Notes under the pieces: generated by a model
Seen by the model: the letters and a program-made list of their open reading frames with translations, nothing else
What the model was told of the DNA's origin: nothing
Database searches by the model: none
Translations under genes and position numbers: made by a program
DNA from: an uncultured Bacilli bacterium
Lineage (GTDB): Bacteria > Bacillota_I > Bacilli_A > RF39 > UBA660
Length of the DNA stretch: 64,000 nt
NCBI GenBank assembly: GCA_934129885.1
Contig: CAKOWU010000007.1
Coordinates: 13,566-77,565 of the forward strand
Direction of reading: 5' to 3'
Part shown: in pieces, positions 48,973 through 60,896 of the stretch
Layout of the letters: every line of letters begins with the position of its first letter
How positions within the stretch are numbered: position 1 is the first letter of the stretch

Positions 48973-50523
48973 TTAATCCCTAAACCTACTTATTAAAAAA
49001 TTATAAAGTATCCAAAAAGTACATAAGCCACCCAATATTAAATACAAATAAAATATAAAAGGTAAATCTTCCTTATTATTAATAACAATTAAACTAGTAC
49101 CAACAATATATGCCACATCAAGTATCGTGAAAATAAGTAAATACACTAAATTCTCTATACTAAATAATTGCTTTTTAGAATCATTAATCTCAATATTAAA
49201 CTTAACCTCTCCTCTGTTCACACCTTGAACAAAAGTCAAAACCTCATTAGGTAAAGATACTAAATCGCCCGCACTAAGCATCCCATTGCTTATAATTTTT
49301 TTAAGTTTATTCGCATTTATAATATTCCCAGAATTAACATGTGTACTAAGTATCTCCATTAAATTAATAGAAGGATCAATTGTCTTTAAAGTACCCTCTA
49401 TCGTAAGAATCCCCCTAATAAGCATCGTTATATTTTTAGGTAAACTAATATTATTTTTAGAAAGCATTTTAAGCATATCATTCAAAAATACCTTCATATC
49501 AATATCACTAATATTTGCGTTCTTTACCTTATCTAAAATCGTCCTAATATCATTGTTAAGTTCCACATGATTTACATCTGACTTTGCTGACCCAAGCGTC
49601 AAAAGTATACGCGAAACCTCTCTAATATCATCTTTTAAAATAGCAATAATACACTCACTAAGTAAAGATCTATCTAAAGAAGATAACTTACCCATCATTC
49701 CAAAATCTAAATAAACGATCTGTCCATTTTTAATCCTAATATTATCAGAATGCGGATCAGCATGAAAGAACCCGTCATCAATTGCTTGCTTTACATAATT
49801 CGCCGCAAGTTTCTTCGCTACCTCACTAGGATTATACCCTTCTTTCATTATTTTAGATACATCGTCTAATTTTGTACCATCAATATACTCCATTACTAAA
49901 GCCGCACTAGTAGATATATCCGCATATACTTCTGGTACTTTTATATACTTAATATTCTTGTTTAATTCTTTAAACTTCAGCATATGTTCTCTTTCTTTAA
50001 CAAAGTCCATTTCTTCTTTAGCACTTTCAAAAATTTCATTTAAAACATCACAAAAATCCATAGGGGAATTGAATAACTTATCAATATGTGATAAATTAAT
50101 AGCCTTTTTAAATAAACTAACGTCCATACTCATCATTTCATATATATGTAAACGTTTAATCTTAATAACCACATAATTACCATTTTTAAGCATCGCCTTA
50201 TGTACCTGTGCAATAGAAGCACTTCCAATTGGCTCTAGTTCAATAAATTTAAATATTTCTAAAGTTTCACCATTATATTCCTTATCAAGAATGTTCATAA
50301 CTTCACTAAAAGGCATAGGCTTTACATTACTCTTTAAATTCTTAAGTTCATCCGCATACACCTGCGGAATAATATCATCCCTATCAGACATAATTTGTCC
50401 TAACTTAATAAACGTAGGTCCTAACTTTTCAAGTACTAACCTTACATTTTCTGGACTTCTATCTGAAACTAAATGACATTCTTTTATAACCGATATTATC
50501 TCTTCTAATCTTTCTTTTTCCAT
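48973..50523 (-). CDS. ABC1/UbiB (AarF) atypical kinase family protein
   Basis: LGPTFIKLGQ, IGSASIAQVHKA and FHADPHSDN, with C-terminal TM helices. Confidence 0.9.
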   Translation of the reverse strand: MEKERLEEIISVIKECHLVSDRSPENVRLVLEKLGPTFIKLGQIMSDRDDIIPQVYADELKNLKSNVKPMPFSEVMNILDKEYNGETLEIFKFIELEPIGSASIAQVHKAMLKNGNYVVIKIKRLHIYEMMSMDVSLFKKAINLSHIDKLFNSPMDFCDVLNEIFESAKEEMDFVKEREHMLKFKELNKNIKYIKVPEVYADISTSAALVMEYIDGTKLDDVSKIMKEGYNPSEVAKKLAANYVKQAIDDGFFHADPHSDNIRIKNGQIVYLDFGMMGKLSSLDRSLLSECIIAILKDDIREVSRILLTLGSAKSDVNHVELNNDIRTILDKVKNANISDIDMKVFLNDMLKMLSKNNISLPKNITMLIRGILTIEGTLKTIDPSINLMEILSTHVNSGNIINANKLKKIISNGMLSAGDLVSLPNEVLTFVQGVNRGEVKFNIEINDSKKQLFSIENLVYLLIFTILDVAYIVGTSLIVINNKEDLPFIFYLYLILGGLCTFWILYNFLISRFRD

Positions 50524-50651
50524 TAATCGTCCCTCTATTCTAGAAAAATTATAACACAAATTAAAACATCAATAAAGTTTTTTCTTTAACTACACAAGTA
50601 TATAGTTATTGTTAATAGCAAAACAAGACCAAAATAAATTCTAACATATTA

Positions 50652-50676
50652 AAACCCTTATAAAATAAGGGTATTT
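50652..50676 (-). terminator. terminator hairpin after ssrA
   Basis: ACCCTTAT-AAA-ATAAGGGT with T-runs on both sides. Confidence 0.55.
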
Positions 50677-50683
50677 TTCATAT

Positions 50684-51039
50684 TGGTGGAGCCGAGGAGA
50701 TTTGAACTCCTGTCCAAATATGTTTCAAAGAAAGTCTCTACAAGTTTAGTTAGTCCATAAATGTCCTAATGAATAAAGGAACTAACTGCTAATTCATTAG
50801 TAAGCCTATATTATTCATTATTACTATTAGGCCTAGTAACAATATATCCCATTATGTATGAGTCCCTTAAAAACTTTATGGGAGAAAGTTAATAAAGAAC
50901 GCTTTGCACTATCTTAGGCAAAAGCAAGTTGGCCATTATAGCCTTTTTCGTTTCCAGTTATATTTAACTGTGTATTTTACGAGTACCCTCGGCTTGCAAC
51001 TTCAATCTCCGCATACCTGTCGAAACCAAAAACGGCCCC
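50684..51039 (-). ncRNA. ssrA: tmRNA
   Basis: 5' GGGGCCGTTTTTGGTTTCGACAGG and 3' GGAGTTCAAATCTCCTCGGCTCCACCA. Internal tag frame ...GNEKGYNGQLAFA*. Confidence 0.93.
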
Positions 51040-51063
51040 ATTCGAGAGATATTATAGCATTTC

Positions 51064-51498
51064 TCAGCGTTTAAGTCTAGCCTTAATATCTCTTTCAATA
51101 TCTCTTTGTTTTATTGTTTCTCTTTTATCATAGTTTTTTTTACCTTTAGCAATACCAAGTTCTATTTTAGCAATTCCATGTTTAAAATATATTTTTAGAG
51201 GAACTAAAGTATATCCTTCTAAAGTTATTTTACTTTCTATCTTTTTTATTTCTTTTTTATGCAATAATAGTTTTCTAGTTCTTGTCTCCTCATGATTAAA
51301 TATATTGCCATTTTCATATGGACTAATATGCATATTTATCAGTAGAGCCTCACCTTTTTTTATAGTTGCATAACTGTCTTTAATATTCGCTTTACCACTT
51401 CTTATAGATTTTATTTCAGTACCAGTTAAAACAATCCCCGCTTCTATAGTATCAAATATTTGATAATTATATCTGGCTTTCCTGTTTAATATTTCCAT
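51064..51498 (-). CDS. smpB: SsrA-binding protein
   Basis: [25 protein letters not shown] pattern, adjacent to ssrA. Confidence 0.94.
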   Translation of the reverse strand: MEILNRKARYNYQIFDTIEAGIVLTGTEIKSIRSGKANIKDSYATIKKGEALLINMHISPYENGNIFNHEETRTRKLLLHKKEIKKIESKITLEGYTLVPLKIYFKHGIAKIELGIAKGKKNYDKRETIKQRDIERDIKARLKR

Positions 51499-53602
51499 TC
51501 TTTGCTCCTTTTGGTATTATGAAATCTATTTGTCCTTTTTCTTTGCTTACATTTGATACTTCTACTTCAAGTTCCTGCCCTAATGTATATACTCTCTTCT
51601 TATTTTTTCCAATTAAACTAAATGACTCTTCTTGATAATAATAATAATCATCATTTAAATCTTCTACTTTTACAAGTCCTTCCACTAAATTTGGTAACTC
51701 CACATACATACCATATTTTGTAACAGTATTTATAACGCCTTTGTACCTTTCACCAATATGATTTTCCATATATTCGGCCATTTTCATATCAGTAACTGCT
51801 CTTTCACAATCCACTGCCGCTCTTTCTCTATCTGAAGATTGCTTAGTTATCGCTGGTAGTGTTACTTCTAAAGCATTTATAGTTTCATTATTTATATTAT
51901 GTTTAAATAAATATGTTCTAAGTAATCTATGTACTGTTAAATCTGGAAATCTTCTAATTGGTGACGTAAAGTGTGTATAACATTTACTAGCAAGTCCAAA
52001 GTGCCCTATATTGTTAACATCATATATAGCCTTCTTCATACTTCTTAATAACATTGAAGATAAAATGGGATATTCTTTTTTATCTTTTAATTGTCCCAAA
52101 ATACTTTGAATAGTTTTAGGTGTAATGTTTTTAGTATTCGCATTTACATGATAACCTAATATACCTGTAAATTTAAGAAAGGTTGACACTTTTTCTTCAT
52201 CTGGAAGGTCATGCACTCTGTAAACAAATGGAAGATCCATATAAAATATTGTACTTGCCACGGCTTCGTTCGCACATATCATAAAGTCCTCAATTAATTT
52301 TTCACCTTCGCCTCTTTCTCTTTTTTGAACATCTATAGCTTTTCCTGTTTCGTCTACAATTATTTTAGGCTCGTCGATATCAAAATCAATATAACCTTTA
52401 TTCACTTTATTTTTTCTAATTATTTTGGCAAGTTCATGCATTTGTTTTAATTTTTCAGCATATGGCTCATAGCCTTCTGGAATAATATCTTCTTCTATTA
52501 TTTTATTAACATTTTTATATGTCATTTGTTTTCTAGATCTGATAACACTTTCAAATATTTCACTACTTACATTGTTACCTTTATCATCTATTTCCATAAT
52601 ACATGAAATTGCAAGTCTATCTACTTCTGGATTAAGAGAGCATATGCCATTTGAAAGCTGATGTGGTAACATTGGTATTACTCTATCAGCCAAATATGAA
52701 CTAGTTCCTCTTGTTAAGGCCTCTTCATATAAAGGAGTTCCTTCTTTCACATAATATGATACATCAGCAATATGTACTCCTAAACTATAATTACCATTCG
52801 GCAAAACATCAATACTTATAGCGTCATCAATATCTTTAGTATCATCCCCATCAATAGTAAATATCATTTTATCTCTAAAGTCTTTACGGCCCAATTTTTC
52901 TTTCTCTGATACTTCTTCTGGAACGTTCTCTAACTGCTCTATAACTTCTTTTGGAAACTCATCAAAGATATTATAATGTGCCGCAATAGATAAAATATCT
53001 ACTCCCGGATCATCTTTGTGTCCTATTATTTTAACAATTTTACCTTGATAGTAATTGCTTTTTGCAATATTATTTTCTATTTTGACAACTACTTTATGAC
53101 CAGGGACTGCACCTTTGGCATCTTCATCTTTTATTTCCACAATTATTTTTAATTTAGAATCATCTAGTTTGATAAAATTTTTATCATCTTTTTTATAAAA
53201 TTCTCCCACTAACAAATCTTTTAGATTTCTTTCATTAATACGTAGTACAGTGGCATCGTGGTGTTGTTCATTGATAACATTTATTACAACAACATCACCA
53301 TTTATTGCACCATTTAAATTATTTTTAGAAACATAATAATCTTCTTCTTCTCCTTCTACCATAACAAAACCAAAACCTTTAGGATTTATAATGATAGTAC
53401 CAACTTTCTGCATTCTATCATGAAACTTTTCATACTTGCCTTTATTTGTTACCCTTATTTTTAAATTTTTCTCTAAGCTTACTAATACCTCTGGTAATTT
53501 TTCTATTTCTTCCTTTGTAAGTTTTTCTTCTAACTCCTCATAAGTAACTGCCTTATTTTTGCTTTCAATAAGTGATAGGACTTTTATCTCTAATTCTTCC
53601 AT
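51467..53602 (-). CDS. rnr: ribonuclease R
   Basis: Cold-shock-like N-terminal domains, RNB domain ([15 protein letters not shown]) and C-terminal S1. Confidence 0.94.
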   Translation of the reverse strand: MEELEIKVLSLIESKNKAVTYEELEEKLTKEEIEKLPEVLVSLEKNLKIRVTNKGKYEKFHDRMQKVGTIIINPKGFGFVMVEGEEEDYYVSKNNLNGAINGDVVVINVINEQHHDATVLRINERNLKDLLVGEFYKKDDKNFIKLDDSKLKIIVEIKDEDAKGAVPGHKVVVKIENNIAKSNYYQGKIVKIIGHKDDPGVDILSIAAHYNIFDEFPKEVIEQLENVPEEVSEKEKLGRKDFRDKMIFTIDGDDTKDIDDAISIDVLPNGNYSLGVHIADVSYYVKEGTPLYEEALTRGTSSYLADRVIPMLPHQLSNGICSLNPEVDRLAISCIMEIDDKGNNVSSEIFESVIRSRKQMTYKNVNKIIEEDIIPEGYEPYAEKLKQMHELAKIIRKNKVNKGYIDFDIDEPKIIVDETGKAIDVQKRERGEGEKLIEDFMICANEAVASTIFYMDLPFVYRVHDLPDEEKVSTFLKFTGILGYHVNANTKNITPKTIQSILGQLKDKKEYPILSSMLLRSMKKAIYDVNNIGHFGLASKCYTHFTSPIRRFPDLTVHRLLRTYLFKHNINNETINALEVTLPAITKQSSDRERAAVDCERAVTDMKMAEYMENHIGERYKGVINTVTKYGMYVELPNLVEGLVKVEDLNDDYYYYQEESFSLIGKNKKRVYTLGQELEVEVSNVSKEKGQIDFIIPKGAKNGNIKQESQI

Positions 53603-53679
53603 AAGTCTCTCCTCTCTGTTTCCATTATAATATTTTATTTCGTAAAATTATAGCGATTTATTAAAATATTGATACTAGT

Positions 53680-54240
53680 TTACATTGTTTTTAAATTTTT
53701 TCTGGTTGCAAGATAATACATTAAATAAACTATACCGCCGATAGTGGCAACTATAATATCAGTCATAGTATCTGTTACCCCTGTTTTAGCAACTAACTGT
53801 GCATCAAATCCAAAAAAGATATCACAAGTAAACTCAAATATTTCCCATACACCAGCACACATAACCGTAAATGACATTATAAGCAAAATACTAAAGCTCT
53901 TACTTTTTATATGGTTCATTTCAATTATCGTACCAGCAATTACTGCGGTGATAACACCTGAAAATGTATGTGTTATTTTATCTAAATACTCCCATTTATT
54001 ATAGTAACTTTCTATCACACCTAAATAATGAGCAAAAAAGATAAATATTATCCAAAGTGTTATAAGTGATGGTTTTATCTCTATTTTGAATAATTTACTT
54101 ATTATATATGGGATTGTAAGCGTTAGTACTATACTTAAATCTTTTAATATTATTATTATTCCTTTGTCTAATTCTGAAAATACAGTAAAAAATGACAACA
54201 TACTAATAAATACAACTAAAAATATATTAATTTTTTTCAT
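53680..54240 (-). CDS. polytopic membrane protein (possibly YjdF/DUF2238-like)
   Basis: Five or six TM helices and a WEIFEF motif. Family is tentative. Confidence 0.55.
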   Translation of the reverse strand: MKKINIFLVVFISMLSFFTVFSELDKGIIIILKDLSIVLTLTIPYIISKLFKIEIKPSLITLWIIFIFFAHYLGVIESYYNKWEYLDKITHTFSGVITAVIAGTIIEMNHIKSKSFSILLIMSFTVMCAGVWEIFEFTCDIFFGFDAQLVAKTGVTDTMTDIIVATIGGIVYLMYYLATRKNLKTM

Positions 54241-55300
54241 TTATGTTCTCCTCTATTTCTACACCATTTATTGCATCAAATCTTTTAGTTATTTTATTTG
54301 TTGTAGTATGGATATCTTTTACATCCTTACTAACAGTTTCAATACTTCTAGCAAGTTTGTCCCATCTCATTTTATAGCGTCCAAATTCTTCTGATAAAAG
54401 TCTTAATTCCTTTTGTATTTCTTTAGCGTATTTATCTCTTTCTAAATTTTTCATAATTACCTGCATAGTGGTCAAGGTACTCATCAAAGTCGTTGGACCA
54501 GCAATCCAAACTTTTTTCTTATAGGCATAATCAATAACATCTTGATGATAAGCATTTACTTCAGCAAATATTGCCTCTGCTGGAAGAAATAATATCGCAC
54601 TATCGGTAGTCTCGCCTGGAATGATATATTTATCCGCAATGGCATCAATATGTTTTTGCATATCTTTCTTGAAAAGTCTAGCAGACATATTTCTATTTAT
54701 ATTTTTTTTATCTACCATATTACGATAATTTTCAAGTGGAAATTTTGAATCTATAACTATAAGTCCAGTAGGTTCTGGAGCAAAGATAACCGAATCAGCA
54801 ATAGTACCATTGCTTAAAGTATACTGCAAAGAATATATTTTTGTGTTGTTTTCGCCAAAAACATTTTCAAGTATATGCTTTAAAGTTACCTCCCCAAATA
54901 TTCCTCTAGTTTTTTTATCAGTAAGTATAGTTTCTAGTGAAACAATATCACTTGAAAGACTATCTATTTTCTTTTGGGCCTCGTCTATCTTGGAAAGCCT
55001 TTCTAAAACCGATGAAAATGTCTTATTAGTTCTTTCAAAGTTTTGATCTAGCCTTTCATTAACTTTATCATTCATATCATTTAATTTTAGTTCCATCTTA
55101 TCATTTAATTTATTAAAATTATAGTTATTATTTTCTGTAAGATTGCTTTTGAAGTTTCCAAGTTCCTTTATAAGTTCTGTTTCTAGTTTGCCTAAACGCT
55201 CTGTTATATTAGACTCATTAATATTTTTAGTAAGTGAGATTATACTAACAATAAGTATTAATATTAGAAGTCCGATTATTATATATTCCATTTTTATCAC
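54227..55300 (-). CDS. rmuC: DNA recombination protein RmuC
   Basis: N-terminal TM plus coiled coil. RGIFGEVTLKHILE...VIDSKFPLENY nuclease core. Confidence 0.88.
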   Translation of the reverse strand: MIKMEYIIIGLLILILIVSIISLTKNINESNITERLGKLETELIKELGNFKSNLTENNNYNFNKLNDKMELKLNDMNDKVNERLDQNFERTNKTFSSVLERLSKIDEAQKKIDSLSSDIVSLETILTDKKTRGIFGEVTLKHILENVFGENNTKIYSLQYTLSNGTIADSVIFAPEPTGLIVIDSKFPLENYRNMVDKKNINRNMSARLFKKDMQKHIDAIADKYIIPGETTDSAILFLPAEAIFAEVNAYHQDVIDYAYKKKVWIAGPTTLMSTLTTMQVIMKNLERDKYAKEIQKELRLLSEEFGRYKMRWDKLARSIETVSKDVKDIHTTTNKITKRFDAINGVEIEENINEKN

Positions 55301-55333
55301 CTATATTAATTATAGGGTACGTTTGTATGTATG

Positions 55334-55633
55334 TCAATATGTTTTTGAATTTTTGTATGCACTATAACCGCCAATAATACTAATGGTCTTATAACCTTGA
55401 TTATTTAAAATATTAGTTAAATTTTGAGATGTCATCCCCTTGGTACAGTAAATATAATAGTTTTGATTTTTATCTAAATATAATGCGGGATTTATTAAAA
55501 GATTCATATACTCAATATTTTTAGCACCTTCTATATGTCCCATATTATAGCTTTGTGATGACCTTATATCTATAATATTTGGATTTGACAAAGCTTTTAA
55601 CTGCTTTAATGTAATATTCATACTATTTATCAC
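55334..55633 (-). CDS. rhodanese-like domain protein
   Basis: IIDIRS...GHIEGAKNI...YIYCTKG with an active-site Cys loop. Confidence 0.8.
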   Translation of the reverse strand: MINSMNITLKQLKALSNPNIIDIRSSQSYNMGHIEGAKNIEYMNLLINPALYLDKNQNYYIYCTKGMTSQNLTNILNNQGYKTISIIGGYSAYKNSKTY

Positions 55634-55711
55634 CTCTTTATTTTACTATATTCTATAAACTATATTTAGCGTTTACAGATAACCAAAAAGAACTGATTTT
55701 TTATACAGTTC

Positions 55712-56611
55712 TCATATGTTTAAATACTTTCTAACAGCTCTCCATGATCCTATCATACCTACTATTACACCTATTACCAATAATAATAATGATATAGTAT
55801 ATACAAACGGTACTGGTGGTATTAATTTGATAAATGGTGAAAATAATTGCCCACCAAAGTTTTCATAGACTGTTCTGTATCCTACTACCGTTAATATTAT
55901 TGGAATAATAGACCCTAAAGCCCCTAATAATAAACCTTCAATTATAAATGGTATTTTTATATTTATATTAGATGCTCCAATTAAACGCATAATACCTATT
56001 TCAGTTTGTCTTGAAGATATTGTTATTTTGATAGTATTTGATATTAAGAAAGCAGTTACCAAGATAAGGGCTAGTACAGACACCAAGCATATTTTATGAA
56101 TTATAGTAAATACTGATACTAATTTATCAACTGTACCCTCTCCATATTTAACTAAAGTTATACCATCTATCTTTTTTATTTTGTTTGCAACTTCATCAAT
56201 TAAGTTTATATCTTTTACTTTAACCTGATAAGTATTTTGAATAGGGTTTTCATCATCCGTCCAATTTTTCATAATACTAGAAAAAGTATCAGATGAATCC
56301 ATCATTTCTTTAGTTATAGAATTTTTAGAAATAAATTCATTTGTTTCAACATTATCTATAACATCTATTCTATCTTTTATTTTATCTATTTGTTCCTGAG
56401 ATAAGTCATTATCTAGAAACGCTACTATGGTTACATCTTTTTCTACTAAATTGGTAAAATTTTCAACATTGTATGAAAGTATTATTGACACAGCGACAAC
56501 AATCAGAGTTATAGTTATACATGATATTGAAGCAAGAGAAAGAGAAAAGTTTCTAAATACTCCTTTGAATGCATCTCTTATGTCTCTGCCTATTATTCTT
56601 ACTGTCTTCAT
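55712..56611 (-). CDS. ftsX: cell division permease-like protein FtsX
   Basis: Four-TM FtsX topology. Follows ftsE with a 4-nt overlap. Confidence 0.9.
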   Translation of the reverse strand: MKTVRIIGRDIRDAFKGVFRNFSLSLASISCITITLIVVAVSIILSYNVENFTNLVEKDVTIVAFLDNDLSQEQIDKIKDRIDVIDNVETNEFISKNSITKEMMDSSDTFSSIMKNWTDDENPIQNTYQVKVKDINLIDEVANKIKKIDGITLVKYGEGTVDKLVSVFTIIHKICLVSVLALILVTAFLISNTIKITISSRQTEIGIMRLIGASNINIKIPFIIEGLLLGALGSIIPIILTVVGYRTVYENFGGQLFSPFIKLIPPVPFVYTISLLLLVIGVIVGMIGSWRAVRKYLNI

Positions 56612-57294
56612 TCTGTATATGTCCCCTCCTTATAGTCTTTAAGTACCCTACCAGTATCCAAAACAACGGTTCTTCTTTGCATTTCTTTAACGATATCAAT
56701 ATCATGAGTAACCATAATAATTGTTGTTCCAAGTTTATTGATTTCTTCCAATACACGCATTATTTCCATACTGGTTCTAGGGTCAAGGTTACCTGTTGGT
56801 TCATCACAGATAAGAAGTCTTGGACCATTTACTATAGCTCTAGCAATAGCAACTCTCTGTTGTTCTCCACCTGATAATTCGTCTGGGTAATTCTTTATTT
56901 TATGTTTTAAACCAACTAGTTCTAGAACTTTTAACACTTTAGCATGAATTTCATCTTTTGGAAGTCCAAATATTTCAAGAGCAAAAGCCACGTTTTCATA
57001 GACAGTTGATTTAGGTAAAAGTTTAAAGTCTTGAAATACTACTCCGATTTTTCTTCTTATTTTATACACTTTACCATTTCGAAGTTTACCAACATCAACA
57101 CCACCTACATATATTTGCCCAGAAGTTGGTTTTTCTGCCCTATAAAGCATTTTTACTAAAGTAGACTTACCACATCCAGTTGAGCCTATGATAAATACAA
57201 ATTCACCTTTAGTTATAGTTAAATTTAAATCTTGAATGGCGGTTACCCCAGTTTTGTATACTTTTTTAGCATTTACTATTTTTATTAGTTCCAC
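56608..57294 (-). CDS. ftsE: cell division ATP-binding protein FtsE
   Basis: GSTGCGKST Walker A, LSGGEQQRVAIARA and LLICDEPTGNLD. Confidence 0.94.
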   Translation of the reverse strand: MELIKIVNAKKVYKTGVTAIQDLNLTITKGEFVFIIGSTGCGKSTLVKMLYRAEKPTSGQIYVGGVDVGKLRNGKVYKIRRKIGVVFQDFKLLPKSTVYENVAFALEIFGLPKDEIHAKVLKVLELVGLKHKIKNYPDELSGGEQQRVAIARAIVNGPRLLICDEPTGNLDPRTSMEIMRVLEEINKLGTTIIMVTHDIDIVKEMQRRTVVLDTGRVLKDYKEGTYTE

Positions 57295-57308
57295 ATTATT
57301 CCTTCTTT

Positions 57309-58184
57309 CTAATTTCCGCCACTTACTTCATATGTATCTGTTACTATGAAGAAGGCTTTTTTATCAATTTGGTTTATTCCCTCTTTTAATATAAAATATT
57401 CTTTAGTAGGTATAGTACAAAGTATAATTTTTGAACGCTCATCGCTGAAGCCACCTTTACTTTCTATTAATGTTGCACCATGTCCCATTTGATTTAATAT
57501 GAATTTTTTGATTTCTTTTTCTCTAGTTGTAATAATTTGGAATGTTTTATATTCAGATATTCCAATTACTACTTTATCAGTTATAATACCAACAATTATT
57601 ATCGATATTATAGAGTATATAAATGTTTGCCAGCCAAAGGCAAAAAGTCCAATGGTAACGATTACTCCTTCTACATATGTAGTTGCTTGGCCTAATGTTT
57701 TTTTACCATATTTAGATACTAGTTGTTTTAAAACATCAGTTCCTCCAGTAGTATAACCTACTTTTAAAACTAAACCAGTACCAAAACCATATAAAGTAGC
57801 ACCCGCAAGAACAAGAACCGCAGGCTCTGTTGTTCCAAGGTCTATATAAGATACTACAAAACTAGTAAGTTCAATAAATAGTGGATATAAAATAGCACCT
57901 ATAATAGTCCTACTAGTTGATTTTGTACCTAAATATATCAGGCTAGCGATTACTAAAATCATATTTATCATAAATATGGTATAGGAAGGTGCGACTCCAA
58001 AAGCATCATTTATTACTATACCAACACCACTTATTCCAAATGTTAAATTAGTTGGCGACATAAATATATTAAAAGCAAGAGCCTGCACTAAAACACCAAA
58101 TATAAATAAGGTGTATCTATGCACTTTATCACTCTTATATATTTTTGTTATGATATCATTATCATCAAAACTTTTTATCCGCAT
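57309..58184 (-). CDS. YitT family membrane protein (DUF2179 C-terminal domain)
   Basis: YTTGGTDVL motif and a C-terminal soluble domain (GATLIESKGGFS). Confidence 0.85.
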   Translation of the reverse strand: MRIKSFDDNDIITKIYKSDKVHRYTLFIFGVLVQALAFNIFMSPTNLTFGISGVGIVINDAFGVAPSYTIFMINMILVIASLIYLGTKSTSRTIIGAILYPLFIELTSFVVSYIDLGTTEPAVLVLAGATLYGFGTGLVLKVGYTTGGTDVLKQLVSKYGKKTLGQATTYVEGVIVTIGLFAFGWQTFIYSIISIIIVGIITDKVVIGISEYKTFQIITTREKEIKKFILNQMGHGATLIESKGGFSDERSKIILCTIPTKEYFILKEGINQIDKKAFFIVTDTYEVSGGN

Positions 58185-58185
58185 A

Positions 58186-59260
58186 TTAATTCCCCTTTAA
58201 ATATTCATTTATAAATTCATCTATATCTCCATCTAACACTTTATTTACATTAGGATTTTCTTTATTAGTCCTATGGTCTTTTACCAATGTATATGGACAC
58301 ATAACATAACTTCTTATTTGCGATCCAAAGTTTATTTCCTTTTGGTTTCCTTTTATTTTATTTAATTCTTGTTTTTGTTTTTCAAGTTCAATTTCTATTA
58401 ATTTACTTTTAAGTATCTGCATACATCTTTCTTTATTCTGAAGTTGGCTACGTTCATTTTGACAGGTTACTACTATTTTAGTTGGAATATGAGTTATTCT
58501 AACCGCAGAGTCTGTGGTGTTTACCCCTTGTCCTCCAGCACCTGTACTTCTATAAACATCTATCCTTAAATCTTTATCATCGATAGTTATCTCGTTATTA
58601 TTTTCTATTACTGGCGTTACCTCAACAGATGCGAATGAAGTATGTCGTCTTTTATTACTATCAAAAGGAGATATTCTAACTAATCTATGAATACCTTTTT
58701 CACTTTTTAAGTAACCATAGGCATTATGTCCTTTTACAACTAATGATATTGATTTATAACCTACTTCCCCGCCCTTTACTTCGTCAATAACATCTATTTT
58801 ATAATTATGCTTTTCACACCATCTTTTATACATACGATAAAGCATATCAGCCCAATCACAGGCTTCAGTACCACCTGCACCAGAATGTATTTCTAATAAG
58901 GCATTGTTTTGATCATAAAGGCCATTTAACAATACTTGCATTTCTAATTCTTCTAATTTGCTTGCCACTTTAGTTTGGTTATCTCTTGGATAATCAAAAT
59001 CATTTTCATCTAGAGAGTATCTGCAAAGTTCTATTTCTTCTTTTATACTATTAGCCATATCAATGATTGACTTTAAAGCATTTAATTCATTTATAACTTT
59101 TTCACTTTCTCTTTTATCATTCCAAAAGTCTGGATCTTTCATTTTTATTTCTAGTTCATTTATTCTTTTACCTTTAGTATCCCAGTCAAAGAGACCTCCA
59201 TAATTCGTCTATTTTGGTTTGGTATTTGTCATATTGCTCTTTTAATTCTTTGTTATCCAT
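58186..59260 (-). CDS. prfB: peptide chain release factor 2, with programmed +1 frameshift
   Basis: ORF0 is MDNKELKEQYDKYQTKIDELWRSL then TGA. The shift site CTTTGAC (59191-59185) is preceded by GGAGG. The +1 frame continues DWDTKGKRINELEIKMKDPDFW... Contains SPF and GGQ motifs. Confidence 0.93.
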
Positions 59261-59451
59261 ATCGCACCTCCATATTATATTAACATTATAACATTTTATT
59301 GTAGTATTTTCTAGTAAAGTATTTAAATAAAAGAAAAAACCTATAATATTTTAGGTTTTAAAACTACACCGCTATAAAGTTAGTGTGTAAAATATATTTT
59401 AATACATATCTAGTTGGTAATTTTTGACTTTCCAGTAATTAACATGGTAAA

Positions 59452-60468
59452 TTAATTCACTATACTATAAGGTTCATCTTGCGTACCACTTCCGTTTATT
59501 ACTGTATCTTTAGATAGGTATACTACTGGAAATACATTTCTTGTTGTCGCTGCATACTGTAATGCTGAACTGTCGTAGTCTATTCCAGCACCGCCAACGG
59601 TACCATTTTTTCGTACAGTCCAAACATCGGCAATAGAATTGCTCCAAGGATCTATAAGCCAATAATACACATTTTTATTTAAATAATTTTGATTTTTACA
59701 GTGAGAACCACCTTCAATCCTTGCACTATAAAGCGTTGTACAACTAGTATCTAAACTAGACTTTATATAATCAGATAAATTTAATAAGCCAACAAAACCA
59801 TTCCATGTATATTTCTTTTCTTTAGTTATTACCCCATTAATATTTAAGACATTACTACTATCGGGATATGGAACACCACCAAAGTAATATGTTTTACTAA
59901 TTATAGAAGTAGTATTTATAGTATTTAAGTATTCATTATTTAGATATGTAGTTAAACTAGCGTTTTCAGTAACCGTTCCCGTTTGTGTACCATTTACAAA
60001 TTCTGTAGATAATGCACCCCATGCATTACAACTATGATAATACCCAGAAGGATAAAAACCACAATAAGTATTGGCACTATTTAAGCTTGGACCCGTAGTA
60101 GTTGTCGTTCTTATATCAAATGCAAACTGACCAATACTATCGTTCCTCATTATTTCTATAGTATCATCACTTTCTATCGCTACAATTCTCCAAAGGTCAT
60201 TACCGAATTTTATATAATTATCCGGATTTGTACCCTTGTAAATATACCTATTTTCTTCAGTACTATCTTTCTAAAGGACATCGCCACTAATAGTAACTTT
60301 AGTCTTTAAATACTTAGAAATCTTAACTTCTTTAATATTCCCTTTAACATTTACATTTATATTTGTTTCAAAAACAGAATAGGCAATTTCAAGAGAAATA
60401 ACAACACATAAAAATAAAATAATGATAATCTTCCTAGATTTGCATGACTTTCTTCTTTTCTTTTTCAT
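59452..60468 (-). pseudogene. paralogue of the DGR target family interrupted by a single in-frame TAG
   Basis: Track ORFs 60271-60468 (signal/anchor) and 59452-60150 are in the same frame. The 40 codons between them are open (KDSTEENRYIYKGTNPDNYIKFGNDLWRIVAIE...). The only break is TAG at 60273-60271. Confidence 0.7.
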
Positions 60469-60597
60469 GCTTTAAGCCTCCTACATCTCGCATAGTATTT
60501 ACTGTAATTTTAATGTAACACAATATAAATTTACGGTAAATATCTTGCGTGTTTTTAAAGACATAAATAATATCATAATTATAGGAGGCAAGGATAT

Positions 60598-60885
60598 ATG
60601 ATAATGCATTTTGATAATTTAAAAGATTTACTTGTCTTTAATACAAAGTATTATAGATATTTGAATAATTTATCACAGGAAAAACTTTCAGATTTATGTG
60701 GACTTAGTACAAAATATTTAACAGATATTGAAAGAGGCCTGCACTGCCCTACTATTTTAAAAATAGATGCACTTGCAAAAGCCCTTGAAGTAGAACCATA
60801 TGTTTTGTTTCAAAACCCTAAACGTGATAAAGATATAATAAATAGAATGAACAGTTCTAGACAATATAATCAAAGTAATAAATAA
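60598..60885 (+). CDS. XRE-family HTH regulator
   Basis: LSQEKLSDLCGLSTKYLTDIERG. AGGAGG upstream. Confidence 0.8.
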   Translation: MIMHFDNLKDLLVFNTKYYRYLNNLSQEKLSDLCGLSTKYLTDIERGLHCPTILKIDALAKALEVEPYVLFQNPKRDKDIINRMNSSRQYNQSNK

Positions 60886-60896
60886 AAAAATTATCC

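Noticed and set aside
60271-60273. In-frame TAG in the target paralogue as programmed recoding (for example pyrrolysine)
   Set aside because: There is no supporting context in the window, such as pyl genes or a downstream recoding element that I can recognise. A recent nonsense mutation or a sequencing error is simpler.
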